A stretch of 52,272 nucleotides of DNA, taken from NCBI RefSeq assembly GCF_001194135.2, contig NC_069004.1:244924-297195 (forward strand), in the 5' to 3' direction. The notes beneath the pieces were generated by a model. It ran no database searches. It was given only the letters and a program-made list of their open reading frames with translations, and was not told the DNA's origin. Within the stretch, counting starts at the first letter, position 1; each line of letters starts with the position of its first letter. Shown one piece after another: positions 25,114-38,970 of the stretch. This DNA is from Octopus bimaculoides. Lineage: Eukaryota. Both the position numbers and the translations under genes were made by a program.

Positions 25114-25756
25114 TATTAATATGAAGTGATGCAGCTAGGTGGAAATTCAACAGTTTGAATCCTGTAAGCAGCACTGCACAGTGTTGTGTCATTAATGAAT
25201 ATTTCTCACCACATAACTCAAAATAGGTACCATGAAGAGGTACAGTCCATAGAGGCCACAACTAAAATACTCCTTGTCTGGATGGTGATTCCCCACCAAA
25301 TCCCTCTTCTTTCTGTTTGAACATTTAGTAAATAGGGTCAGTTCCTACAATTTTGGTACCACAAATCAAAAGAGTAGCCCCCTACATTATCAGTATTCCC
25401 AAACACTGGTTGGGAAACACTGATGTAGACCTCGGGTTCCATGAGAGGTCATTAGGAATTCTGCAAGAAATAATAAATAGGTAAATTTTAAAATCATTGA
25501 ATCATTTTGGGGTTCCATTCTATATTCCTAATTTTATTATACATGTACAGCATACTGAAATCCTGGCACTTGTAGATAGTAAGATGACTACAGGAAAAAT
25601 TACTGTTTCAAAAGGAATTGTAGGAGAATTTGGTCTAAAGAAGGCCTTACACTTTCTTAATGACATTTGATGAACCATTACCAAATCTTTGAAAGATAGC
25701 TTCATGATTTCTTTAATCTCTTATGAAAGAAAAAGATAAATACATACAATTTGAGA

Positions 25757-25907
25757 CATGAAGCAGCCATACCTAATGACTGGTGTAGCAGCAGCATAGT
25801 CAACTGCTACAAAGGTAAACGTAATGCATTAGATAGGAATAATTTCAGTGGTATCATGTTGTTGGATCAGGTAATGAAAGTCACAGAGAGGGTGATAGCC
25901 CAACTAG
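25757..25907 (+). mobile_element. RTE LINE RT N-terminal fragment
   Basis: Translates to AAIPNDWCSSSIVNCYKGKRNALDRNNFSGIMLLDQVMKVTERVIAQL and is homologous to 3160-3305. Confidence 0.9.
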
Positions 25908-25908
25908 T

Positions 25909-25939
<31 letters not shown>

Positions 25940-25985
25940 CACCCGCGGTCGGCTTCACCCGGGCTCGTGCCCGCTGCTTCCATGC
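25908..25985 (-). pseudogene. 28S (LSU) rRNA fragment
   Basis: The reverse complement reads gcatggaagcagcgggcacgagcccgggtgaagccgaccgcgggtgcagatcttggtggtagtagcaaatattcga. It contains the highly conserved eukaryotic LSU stretch GGTGCAGATCTTGGTGGTAGTAGCAAATATTC. Confidence 0.9.
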
Positions 25986-26075
25986 TACCTATGCCTTTTC
26001 AACAGGTCGAGCAGGGCCATCTACCTGAAGGGATTTGTGAGTTATCTGCCGTCCTACTTACTAAGACTTTGGTTT
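25986..26075 (-). mobile_element. RTE LINE fragment (post-RT Cys-rich region), inverted relative to 25757-25907
   Basis: ctacctatgccttttcaacaggtcgagcagggccatctacctgaaggg...tcctacttactaagactttggtttt aligns with window positions about 33-125. Confidence 0.85.
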
Positions 26076-26278
26076 TTTGTCATGAAAATGATGTACCAAA
26101 AATGGGTTTTTGCAGGATACTTATTAAATCTATTGTAAAGTTCCAAACTTACAGAAGATTCAGTTTTACATCCTGTCCAGTGTATCAAAACTGAAACCCT
26201 TAAAGATAATGGATTGCAATATAAGCATATTTGAATATACATGAAATGCTTGTGATAGCTGTAATTTAATTATTTGTA

Positions 26279-26666
26279 GGACTGAGCTTCAAATCAGGAC
26301 ACCCACAGAAGTTGGATTTTCTCCATTTTGACAGAGATTTTCCCCATAGCTTTGCAAATGAAGAAGCTTTTTATGAAACAAACTTTTCAAAAATTTGATT
26401 TGATTTATCTCAAAATATTTTCATAATTTTTTTCTCCAACTATAAAGGCTCCTTCCGTTGCTGTTTAAGTGTCTAGTGCCCCCCAAATTAGCCTAAATCG
26501 GTCTAGAGGAAGTGGGGGAAAGCAAATCACAAATCTTCCAAATTTCTTTTCCATAAAAAGCTCCTCCACCATCATTTTCAAGGTCATGGTGAGGAAAAAT
26601 GGGAAAAATCCTCATCAAAACAGAGAAAATCCAACTTCTGTAGGCATCCTGATCTGAAATTCTGCC
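26279..26666. mobile_element. MITE-like foldback element with approximately 65-bp terminal inverted repeats
   Basis: 26279-26345 (...atcaggacacccacagaagttggattttctccattttgac...) is the imperfect reverse complement of 26600-26666. No matching TSD was found. Confidence 0.75.
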
Positions 26667-28218
26667 ATTTATAGCCATTATTAATAGTCTATCAAAATTT
26701 TATTGAAACGATGTCATGTCCCAAAATCTCATGATTTATTTACCCCCACACCTACTACAAACATGCCAAAATTCAAGTTCTTGTGGCTTGTACTTTTTGA
26801 TTCAGCTAGGTCTAAAAACACTGCAAAACCGACAATTTGTGTGATATGTAACCAAATAGGCTTTACATAAATATTTTAAATATTGCTGCCAAAGTTTTCT
26901 TTCTAAGAACCTGAAAAAAAAAAAGGTAACTATTAATTTGTGTAATTTGAAGATGCTTATCACCTCAGTTTCAAAGGTATGATGTTGCAAATATAGCTAT
27001 TCATTAATTTATGCCAATTAGCTAAAATTTTGACCGTTTCGCTGACCATTCAAATTGTCATATTTCCTAAAATATTCATCCATATTTCACAGATGGGGTA
27101 TCAAAACGTTTCTCTCTAAGAAAAAGTAGAAATTACATTGAAACATTATCCAAAATTTGGCAATAACTAGGTATACTTCTTTTGTCATTAAAAAAGAACA
27201 TGTATAATATTTCTCAGCAAAAAAATGGTGCATCTTAATAATCATCTCAAAAATTATAAGATTGAGTAGGATATATTTACCCCATGTCCTAAAAAATTTT
27301 ACCCAGAGAGGAGGGGTAAATTTCCTGACATTTGAGAATCACTGCCTACCAGATATTCAATATGCATCTTACAACCATTTCAGAGAACAAACAATTATAT
27401 GTATATCAGTATATTCATATGTATATATACAAGTGCTTAATGTACATATGTCTATATGTTGTAATGATTACACTGACCCATGATCTTTGGAAGGACTTTA
27501 TAACTTTCACAATGCAACTTCAGGTTAGCCCTGATCCAGTTCAGCAAAGTGCATCTAGGACAGAATTATCCAACAAAGGGGACGATTTGAGGGGATTTAT
27601 CTGGATTTATTTTTAATATAGGTGAAACAACCATGTCGATCCTTTGTTGCTTGTGTAACACGTATGCATGTGCACATATGCATGAGAGAGAATGTGTGTG
27701 TATGAAAGAGAGGACATGTGGGGAGTAGATAAGGTGATTAGAGAGAGAGAGAGAGAGAGATGGGAAAGAAAAGGGATGGGTAAAGTAAAGGAGGAAGGAG
27801 ATACAGACAACATGCTCCAAACATATGTGCAAGTGTGTCAATTTGCATGTAATATTTGAAATCAGTCCAATTTATGCAAACAGCAAATAAGGAGGTGGTA
27901 AATAAAAAGAAAGAGATGCAGTGGGGGGAGGGGGAATAGAAAAGATGGAGAGGAGAAAAAGAGAGAGAGACAGCTTTAAATAACTTTTAATGAAAAACTA
28001 GGAATACTAAATAAATAAAAAAAAATTCTACCAACATGTCGTTGCTGGTAGCAAAGTGAGAATCTTTATAAATAAATGAAAAGAACAGTTCCTCACTCAA
28101 CACATCCCATCTACTAAATGGTTGGGTCTCTAGTAACTTAGTCAGCAGACTGTTCTCTTAACCACAATCTACCACCCTCTGAGAGGGTGCATACACACAC
28201 ACTCTCTCACTCTCACTC

Positions 28219-28256
<38 letters not shown>

Positions 28257-31109
28257 CATTCACCCAGCCACCAAACTCATAGCAACTGTTAAAATCTGAC
28301 TGCAGCCAACCTTGATACCTTCTATTCATAGCTAAAAATAAAACAGTCATTTTACCCAAATTTTCATGTCAAAAAGAAAAACCTTCAAACCTGCCACTTT
28401 CCTGTTTACAGGGAAGCCACCCATCCATCCAATCTACAGAAGACTTAACTCAAATCAAAGAGGGAAGGGGGGGGGGCATGGTAGAATGGCCTCTACCTAT
28501 GCCAATCAACAAGTTAGACAGTAGTCAACAAATCTCTCACTTGACCAAAATAAAAAAAAAGACCTAATGCTAGATATACAAAAAAAGGGGGTGGGGGGCT
28601 CAGTACTAGTCTATGTATGTATGCTGTGGTTATGCATGAAGGGACCTTACTACATTGCTTTGCCAGGGCTATAATGTTGTTAAAAAAGCACTGAGTCCTA
28701 GATAACCCTACAAACAACAACAAAGGAATAAGCCTGTCATCATGGGTTGAATCAACTAAAGTTAAAAAAAGAGAAAACGTGCCTTGAACCCACAAAGAAG
28801 TCTTTATGCAGTTGTTTGAGCTGCTAGAAACAACAGCAACATTTCTCTAAAACCTAAAACAAATATAAAAAAAAGTATTGATAAATTAGATAAAACAGTC
28901 CAGGACACAAACATCTGAAAACAAAAAATGAGGTGGTTGTTGGTTGAACATTTTAGATCATAAAAAATTTGCTCAACCAGAGCAGTCCTGTGGCTAAACA
29001 ACAACCCATCTACATAACTGTGAACTAATTCTTTTCCATAGAAAATATTGTATCAAGGTTGACTGTTATTAGGTATGACAGAATAAAACATTAGAAAGGA
29101 AGAGGTCTGTCCATGACACTTGTAGACCCACACGGACCGTTGCGATAAAAATAAAGTCCAATAAATTGTCTTTAACAGTGGAACTTGAAGCACATAAAGT
29201 TATAAATAACAACACTATTTCCAACCTAAAACCAAGTGACCTTTTTTATAACAGTGAGTGCTAACAAAATGCAATGTATCAGGCATTGAAACCATACACA
29301 TCAAAATACAGCTTTGATGGTCAGCTCATCATCTCCCACATATATCAGAATTCTGAAGCAACTTCTCTTTTGCCCAACAGGATGGTCAGTTGGAAGGCCA
29401 CTCTTGCACTTCAAAAGAACTATGTGGTTTGGGAAGCAAACTTCTTAACCACACAGCCAAGCCTGTGTGTATTTTAAATGACTTCTGCAATGCAACTGTT
29501 TCAGTTTCAACACAATGTCAGATCATGCCAATTCCCATACAAGTAGATCTCCAAAGTTTCAAAAGCTTCAGCTAGGCCACAAGAACTCTTGAGCGATGCT
29601 GTTACCCTGCTGCCTAAAAATAAGCTCACAACATTGGAACAAATTCAGTTTTTCACACTAGTTTATCATTTCAGTGATATTTCTACCTAAACTAGACAAG
29701 TCCCTTGGGTGGTTGGCAATATACACACCTACAAACACTGAATTTTGTGGTTTTTCTCTGTTAGCATGAAGTCAATAATTTAGTGAATCATGAGCAGTTT
29801 CTTTCTACAATTAGATGTCAATATGGGGTGCAGAATATTTAAGATATGTTAGTTTTACGCTTGTGCACTATTTTCTGTCTATAATGCAGTGTCTGCACAA
29901 TTGACAAATATATGGATGTTTGGATCTTTGTTGCATTTGATGATGAAGATTCAGTTGTTCAATCAACTGAATTTCCTGCTTGTTGAATCAGTGAAGAAGT
30001 AGCCGAACCTACCACAGATACCTGTATTTTAAAAGTAATTCTCAGGTAGAACCTGTGTGATTGAAGCTGTGCTAAGTACAATGCATCTGATGGGCTTCTA
30101 TACAGTTTCCATCTACCCAGTTTCACTCATCCCTTATGAGTTGACTTAAGGCTATAGAAAATTATATATATATACACACGCACACACATACATGGTGGGC
30201 TTCTTTCAAATTCCCTCAATAGGCTTTGGGTGCCCTGAGGCTATAGTAGAAGACACTTGCTCAAGGTACCTTGCAATGAGACTGAACTTGGAACCATGTA
30301 GTTGGGAAGCAAGCTTCTTACCACACAACCTTTCTCAAACATATTTTTATTTGCTCCAAAATATGTTGCTAGTAAATAAACCAAAACAAAAAAAAAAAAA
30401 CAACAACAAAGTTTAAGGAACCACTGCCCAAAAAGATACACTTTTACTGGGATGCAGAAGCAAACATAGATATACACTGCTGTCTATCATCTCCGTCTCA
30501 TTCTTTTGGCACTCACAGACAATTTTATGTAGGTTGCAATTTATTTTATTTATGCCATCAACTATTGCTAACCTTGTTCAGAGGCCTGATCCACCCACTA
30601 TGTTATGATTAATACATGGAACAAGAAGAAAATGTTTTGCTGAAATTAAAATTTCACTGGTTGTTTCTTTGTTTATATTAAAAACATTTGTGTTTGCAAT
30701 TAGGCTTTCATTAGTAGTAAATGTTAAAGCTTTCTTACACTGGCACAAGGCCATAGATTTCAGATAGAGTCGGTCAATTAAACCAACCTTAGTACTTGAC
30801 TAGTACTTAAATTTATCAGTACTACAGTGGAATTTGAATCCTATGTGAAGAGGAATGTAATTAAATACCACAAGGTATTTTGTCCAACAATCTGTTTCTA
30901 CTATTTATTGATGTTAAAAAAAAAAAAGTAATGGTTTAAAATTTTGACACAACTGGTGCTTATTTTATCGACTCCAAACAAATGAAAGGCAAAGTTGACG
31001 TTGGTGGCATTTGATCTCAGAGTGTAAAGACATGAAAACCCACTAAGCATTTTATCTGGCGTGCTAACGACTCTACCAGCTCATTACCTTAATAACAACA
31101 ACAACATTA

Positions 31110-31686
31110 ATAAATGTCCTGATGCTGTACCAGGCACTGGCTCTCGAGGCTTCTGATCTTAACTGATTGGAGTTGTTAACAGGTACACGTTTCGTCTTGG
31201 TATAAAAAGATGGCCTACAACAAATATTCTGCTCAATACCACAGATTTGCAAGTCAGTTGTTTAACCATAACAAGTTGAGCATGTCGCTTTGTGACTGAT
31301 GATATGTGCACCTCTGATCATGAGCACAAGTAGTGGGGGAGCATCAGAGCCATGTGCTGAGAGGAATTCTTTGGGGTTTGAATAATTCACTTCTGGAAAC
31401 ATGAGTGTTTCATTCATCATCCTTAAACAAAACTTATTCAGGGGCCTATCGAGGGGGATGAGCTACTCAACTAGAAGAAAATTCTGACTGGGCCCTACCT
31501 GCAAGGCAATGTACTGTTTATCTTGATATGAGATTGCTATGTCATTCACATATGGTTGTGATGCATGTGCCTGGTGTACCCTTATCAGATGGGCAGTCAT
31601 GATGGGTATAATGGGCTTTGTATATTTGTACCTTAGTGTCACTTTGATGGCATGCATTGCTCTCTCACTCAATGACAATGATGATG

Positions 31687-31725
<39 letters not shown>
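31110..31725 (+). repeat. Approximately 550-bp interspersed repeat with (AAT)n tail, copy 1
   Basis: Long colinear homology with 31750-32195 and 36000-36530, for example ctgctcaataccacagatttgc, ccttaaacaacccttattcaggg and catatggttgtgatgcatgtgcctgg. Confidence 0.85.
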
Positions 31726-31749
31726 TGATTGGAACTAATTATCAAGTAC

Positions 31750-32195
31750 ACTTTTGTCTTGGTCTAAAAGATCACCTGCAGCAAGTATTCTGCTCAATAC
31801 CACAGATTTGCTTGTCGGTTGTTTGACCGTAACCAGTTGAGCATATCCATTAGGGGCTGATATATGTGCATCTCTGATCACAGGCAGGTGTAGTGCAGGT
31901 GCAGAGACATGTATTGAAGGAATTCTTTAGGGTTTTGGATAATTCAGCCCTGGGAACATGGGTATTTTGTTAATCATCCTTAAACAACCCTTATTCAGGG
32001 ACCTTTTGAGTGGGATAGGCTACTCAACCTGAAGAAAAATTCTCACTGGGCCCCCACCTGCAAAATCAAGCACTGTTTATCTTGATATGAGATCACCATG
32101 TTGTACACATATGGTTGTGATGCATGTGCCTGGCATACCCTTATCAGACAGAGTCATGATGGCTATACTGGGCTTTGGATATGTACACCAGCATC
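31750..32195 (+). repeat. Same interspersed repeat, copy 2 (tandem to copy 1, truncated)
   Basis: Aligns to 31180-31630. Confidence 0.85.
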
Positions 32196-32214
32196 ACTAT
32201 AATGGTATGTACTG

Positions 32215-32797
32215 CTCCTCTGTAGGATGTGTGGCAGCAAAAACAAAACAATGTCGCATATTGTGAGTGAGTGTAGCAAACTGGTCAAAAAGGAATTCAA
32301 AAGGAGGTATGATAATGTAGCCAAGTTTGTTCACAAAAAATGGTATGAACATCAACCCAGAAGGCATCACTGAGAATGAGTATATGATCCGATGGTAATT
32401 GATGTTTGGACCAGACATTGTAGTGGATAAAAGGAGGTAGGAAACCAAATTCATAGATATTTCCATACCTAAGGATGCACAAAGAGTTGGAAAAGATTGA
32501 AAAGTACAAGCGGCAAAAAGATGAGGTTGCACAATTGTGGATAATGAAGAAAGTAACTGTCATGTCAGTAGTTGTAGGAGCATTAACAATCAGGTCTGAG
32601 AAATTTGGATTGATATAAGGGTAGAACATGCTCAAAAAACTGCTTTATTGGAGAGAGCTAGGGCCTTGAGACTGATAAGCATTATGGAAAGAGACCCTGT
32701 AAGATCTTTGACAACAGGTTGCTGTCTGCTCTTACAGAATTAACTGGAGCAAGCAAAATCAGGAACTCTGAGATGTGAAATGGAAATAATAATAATG
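32215..32797 (+). mobile_element. Second R4/Dong-clade fragment: CCHC knuckle, RLE and (TAA)n tail
   Basis: Translates with frameshifts to LCRMCGSKNKTMSHIVSECSKL...RRYDNVAKFVH...WYEHQP...PDIVV...FIDISIP...EKIEKY...LWIMKKVTVMSVVVGAL...QKTALL, ending in aataataataat. Confidence 0.8.
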
Positions 32798-33039
32798 TTT
32801 CTAGCATAGACACAAGGCCTGAAATTTGAGGGCAAGGGTTAGGTGATGCCATCAATTCCAGTACTTGACTGGTAATTTATTTTATTGACTCTAGAAGGAT
32901 GAATGGCAAAGTTAATCGCAGCAAGATTCAAACTTGGAATATAAAAGGTCACAATTCTGTCAATCCACCACTCTTGATAATTTTATTTGCCACAAGGGCA
33001 GCGGATGAATACAAAAACTATGGTGGTTAATCTTTTGTC

Positions 33040-33245
33040 TCTCATTTGTTTCAGTCACTGGACAGTGGTCATGCTGGGGCACTACCTTGAAGGGTTTAGT
33101 CAAACAAATCATCTCCAATACTTATTTTTTTATAGTCTGGTATTTATGCTATCAGTCTCTTTTGCACTGAACTGTTAAGTTACAGCGATGTAAACAAACC
33201 AACACTGGATGTCAAGCAGTGGTGACAGATTAAAAACAAAGACAT
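33040..33245 (+). mobile_element. SINE-like family C (further copies about 17098-17250, 20620-20790, 37525-37680, 43700-43820 on -, 51060-51105)
   Basis: Recurrent motif ttacttgtttcagtcatt.gac.g.ggccatgctggggcac.gccttgaag...ttattctatcagtctcttttgc.gaac.g.taagttac...aaacaaaccaacactggttgtcaag. Confidence 0.75.
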
Positions 33246-34222
33246 ACACACACACAACAGGTTTCCACACAGTTTCCATCTATTGTATTGGTCAACTTGG
33301 GGTTATAGTAGAAGATGCTTGCCAAAAGTGTTGTGCAGTGGGACTGAACCCAAAATCATGTGGTTGCAAAGCAAGCTTCTTAACCACACAGCCATATCAG
33401 CACCAATATGAAGAATAAATACAGTAAAACCAGAAGGGAAAGCGAACTGCATCACGGACACAAATGATATGGGGAGGAACAGTTGATTAGATCCAGCTCA
33501 CAGCTTGACTAGCATCCATCTGACTGACAACAGCAGATCAGAAAGAAAAGGCAACTTCAACATAAAGATACAAAAATCAAGCAGTGATGGCACAAATTTA
33601 CAAATTCATGGCAAAGGGAACTGCAAATTGAACTCAGTATCTGATACATTTGAGGATGGGAGGCAAAAATTGAAACCGCACTTCAGAATATAAACTAAAA
33701 TGGAAAGGTTTGAAACCTAAAAACTGCTATTTTAGTGTAGCTCTCCACTGTTTCTGCCACTCCAAAACAATTGTTTTCATTTAAATATTTGGTTTGATGA
33801 TGTTTGTGCCACTTCAGAAACATTATCATCTTGGCTTTTTTAAATTTTTTTCTGGCATTTACAAAGAGAAATAAAAAATTCTTTTATCTTAAAATATATA
33901 TAAACAAAAAGTTAAAAACTTTTTCTTTTTGTATCATTCTAAACAAAGAGGGGAAAAAAACCATCTAAGTACATAATTGAAACAAATTAAATACACATAG
34001 TACTTTTTTTTTTTTTTGCTGTTTTCTTTTTTTAAAGCACTAATCAATAAGGATCCTGCGATAACAAACAGCTCTGCAAAAGAGCTCCACCTTCCACCAA
34101 CCCTGTTCTTTTTCCCTTCAGAAATTGGAAAAGGGTTCTCTTCCAAATGTGAGACCTCAATACAGTCAATACTGATGATGGTCTCCATCAACTACACTAC
34201 CAACCAACACATTAAACTCTCA

Positions 34223-34259
<37 letters not shown>

Positions 34260-34782
34260 AAGAAAAACAGCTACCACCGCCGCCACCACCACCACCATCA
34301 ATTATAAGCACTGTGTAATTATTCTTTGAGTAAGAGAAAGAGAACCAACCATGCAACTACAGCAACCACTGAGAGCCCCAGTGAAAGAATCTGAATCCAA
34401 TTTAACCTAATTTCTACAGTGATCCATAATATGAATAAAATAGCAGATTGGTGGTGAAATGGTCCCAATAGGGAGGGGTGGGTGGAGGTAGAGATTTCAA
34501 AGAAAATGTGAAAAAGAGAAGGCTAAAAAAAAAAAGAAACAAAAGAAAAAAATGCACACACACACACATCAATAGAAAACTAGAACTGAGTCAGAAAGGG
34601 GAAAATAAATGAAAACAACTTTGTTACAACAAAAACAACAAAAGGCTAACATAGAAGAAAAGTTTAAAAGAAGAAAAATGAAAAAAAAAAAAACAATTTG
34701 ATTCATGGTTGAATTTTTCAACATGAATTGGCAGATGAAAGAGAATGTATGGGGTGTGCGTGAGATAATCAGAAGGAAGAGC

Positions 34783-34880
<98 letters not shown>

Positions 34881-35999
34881 TCCAGTGTAGAAATAGCTAT
34901 AATACACTAAAACAGTGTAGTATGGAATATAATAGATAGCAACTCTCTGTAGGAAGTAATAACTGAAGTGAAGAATTAGTTATAAGACACAACAGTGTCA
35001 AATGAATTATAAGAGATGACAACATTGTCAAAAGGATAAAACTAGATAGCAAGTGTAATAACAATGTAGAATGTGTGATAATGCATGGAAATAGTGCAGA
35101 ATGAAGTGTAGATTGGGTAGGATTAAGACAGCAACAGTGTATGTGGGTTTTTGATTTTGGTAGAAGGCCAACAGTGAAGGGGTAAGTGGATTACAATGAC
35201 TTGCGCTCAACTGGTATTTATTTAATTGACTCTGAAAGGATGAAAGGTAAAGTCAAAAATTTGAACTCGGAACAAAATGAGTTGGAAGAAATGCCACTTT
35301 AAAAGTTCTGCCAGCTCACCACTTTAGAATGGGTTACACTAATGGTTTAGGATGGGGGCATACAAAAACAATTTCCAATATCTAGAAATTAAGTAAAAAA
35401 AAGAAAAAAAGAAAAAAGAAAAAAGAAAAAAAAAAAAACAACAATATTTCAGATCACACACACTCTACAAAAATTAGTGAAATTAGTGGGAGAGCATCAT
35501 CATAATTGAATGCATGTCTCATGAAATTCGTGACTGCAAAAATATTTAAAATTTATATAGTCTTTTTGCTTTAAAGTAAGCAAGGAGATGATGATGTTTA
35601 ATATTAAGGTTCTTTTCTGTTACTTTTGGCCTCCCATAAAACAAAATAAAGAGTACTCAATATGGGAGACTGATGGAAAATAATTAGATTTCATAAAAAA
35701 GAAATCACTCAGTTTGATTATTGCTGTTCCACTATGACCATTATTAGTCATGCAGTCCTAAGTTGGCATTTTACAGAAGAAATAAACATGGATCTGTGTG
35801 TGTGTGTGTGCGTAGAAATTTGGGGGAATTGGTTAATCAATTCCATTAACATCAGTATTTGACTGGTACATCATCTCATCAACATCGAAAGGATGAAAGG
35901 TAAAGTTGACTGAGATTTGAATTCAGAGCATAAACAATCTAAGGGAATACCTCACAGAGAATTTTTGCTTTTTGACACTAACAGAAAAATAATAGATGC

Positions 36000-36530
36000 A
36001 ATACCTGGTACTGGCTCCTGATCTTAACTGATTGGAGGTGTTAACAGGTACATGTTTTGCTTTGGTGTAAAAGATGGGCTACAGCAACTATTTTGCTCAA
36101 TACCATACATTTGCTTGTCACTTGTTTGACCATAGCCAGTTGAGCATGTCCATTAGTGGCTGATGATGTGTGCATCTCTGATTATGAGCAGAAGTAGTGG
36201 GGGAGCCTCAGAGCCATGTGTTGAGAAGAATTATTTGGGGTTTGAATAATTCACTTCTGGAAACATGGGCGTTTCATTCTGCATCCTTAAACAACCCTTA
36301 TTCAGGGACCTTTTGAGTGAGATGGGCTACTCAACCTGAAGAAAATTGTAAGTAGACCGCACCTGTTTATCTTGATATAAGATCATCATCTCATGTACAT
36401 ATGGTTGTGATGCATGTACCTGGTATACCCTTATCAGCGAGGTAGTCATGATGAGTATACTGGGTTTCATATATTTGTACCCCAGTGTCACTTTGATGGC
36501 ATGCGCTTTTCCCTCACACAATAATAATAA
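36000..36530 (+). repeat. Same approximately 550-bp interspersed repeat, copy 3
   Basis: Aligns to 31110-31680 and ends in aataataataat. Confidence 0.85.
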
Positions 36531-36655
36531 TGGTTTCAAATTTTGGCATAAAGCCAGCAATTCTGAGAGAAAAGGGGATGTTAGTTACTTCATTAGTTGA
36601 CTGGTATTTTATTTTATCATGGATGAAAGGCTGAAAGGCAGTGGATGTGCATATA

Positions 36656-36727
<72 letters not shown>

Positions 36728-37758
36728 TACACACACATGATGGGCTTCCACACAATTTCCGTTTACCAAATTCACTCACAAAGTAAGCCCAGTGCTATAA
36801 TAGAAGGTACGTACTTAAAGTGCAGTGCTATGCGACTGAACCCCAAGACCACACGACTGGGAAACAAGCTTCTTAACCATACAGCCACGCCTGCACCTAT
36901 AAATATCAGACTGGAAAAAAAAACTTTCCTGGTTTTCTCTTCCACCACAAAATTATTGTAGCTCAAATTATACTTGAAACACTCTGACCCCATTGAGTGA
37001 TATCCTCCTCCTGTAAGCTAAAAAGGAGATAGGATTAGAGCAGAGGAGACGGAGAGGCACTAAAAGGCCAAAAAGACCTCAGACCAGCAAAGAAAAAAAA
37101 CAAAAACAAAATAACATCTACTTGTCTCAGAAACACTCAGCTCCTGTGTATAGAGAACAATGGGTAGATCTGTGCAACAGCAAGAGGTGTGTAGTGGTGC
37201 TAGTGGAAGTAGTTGTAAGCAGCAGCAGCTGTAGTAGTGGGTGTGCTAGTTGTTTCATTATTTCCTAAGGACAAGAAATCATTATCAACAACTAGATTTT
37301 GCTGAAAACACAAGATAATGTTTATATATCACACTCATATAATATAAACAACGACTTATTGTGTCTTTTTACCTTGTAGATGTCCAGGTAGACCTCAATT
37401 ACATCAACCTCACCTGTCTGGGACAACTGGCAAATGTCATGGGCACTGCCCTTGCAGCCTCCCATCAACTTATATGAACAAAAACAAAAACTGCTTGGAA
37501 AGTCGTGTGTGCATTTGTCTCTTATCTTTTACTTGTTTCAGTTTTAGTGGATGGCAGCAGTGCTGGGGGCACAAAACTGATAATTTTTTTTTATTTAATC
37601 TGACACTTATTCTATCAGTCTTTATTGCCAAACTGCCAAGTTACGGGGACATACTGGTTGTCAAGTGATGTGACAGGGAACTAACATACACACACACACA
37701 CAAATTGCCTATATTATAAATTCTTTTTAAAATGAATGTGCTACATACACTGGGATAG

Positions 37759-37796
<38 letters not shown>

Positions 37797-37949
37797 CACG
37801 CACACAGTGATATGGAGCACAGGTACACGTACAAATCTGCAATTCTTTCTACCCACAGCTGTGATGGCTGTTAATGCAACTTACATAAAATTAAATCCAC
37901 TTTTCTAACTATTTGTCATTCATGTTCATTCTACACTCTCTCTGTGTGA

Positions 37950-37954
<5 letters not shown>

Positions 37955-38026
<72 letters not shown>
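37955..38026. repeat. (TG)n microsatellite (others at about 5075-5108, 7275-7318, 51981-52018)
   Basis: Read directly from the sequence. Confidence 0.95.
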
Positions 38027-38029
<3 letters not shown>

Positions 38030-38872
38030 TGTATATACATTATGCTTGCAAATGTATGTACACCTGAGCAAGTATCATGCAATCAGTGTTGCAAACCAAA
38101 TTTGTTTAAATCTGGCAAATGGCTTGCAGATCCATAGTAATTATTAGAGCAGTTAGTACGACATTAACAAGACAGTATCTTTTTTTAAATAAAAATTATT
38201 TGCAGTATCTATATTTATAATTCCATTCCACAATTATATGTAATTGTCAGTCTTACATGCACTCAAATTTTTTAATATATTTTTTTTTTTTTTTTTCCAT
38301 TTGTATGCCTGTGTGTGTGTTTGAGGGTGAGATGGACAAACATTCATACAAGTTTTTCGCACAAAAACTTAAAAATTGTCATTCAATTTGTTAATGAAAT
38401 TCTGACTCAAGACTAAAATTAGTCTGTCTGAGATGTCTTGACATTATTAAACATAATTCATAAAGACAAGATATCTGTCTATACATACAGCATTGACTAA
38501 AATCTGTCAGCCATCATAGTACAATATGGCACTGAAACTACACCCTAAATATACCAGCGTTTTTATGGTATTTAATAGCAGAAATGATACACAGCATATT
38601 AGATGCACCTTCATTTCAAAAGCGCATGTTCAGCACAAAAGTTTTTAGTATATTAAAACTTACAGAGACCTGACTTTGCATATGGGTCCAGGGTTGATCT
38701 TTTGAGACATTTTTTGGGGAAAGTTTCAGCTGTTGCCAATTGTAGTGGCTGCTGACAGTCTACATTTTGTTTTTGACAGTTGAGTCAAGAAAAAGGGTCA
38801 TGCCATGATTGTCACAATGGGGAGATCAACTCAGCAGGAAAGGGGGAAATTCAGTGGGTCAATGCCCAGCAG

Positions 38873-38970
<98 letters not shown>

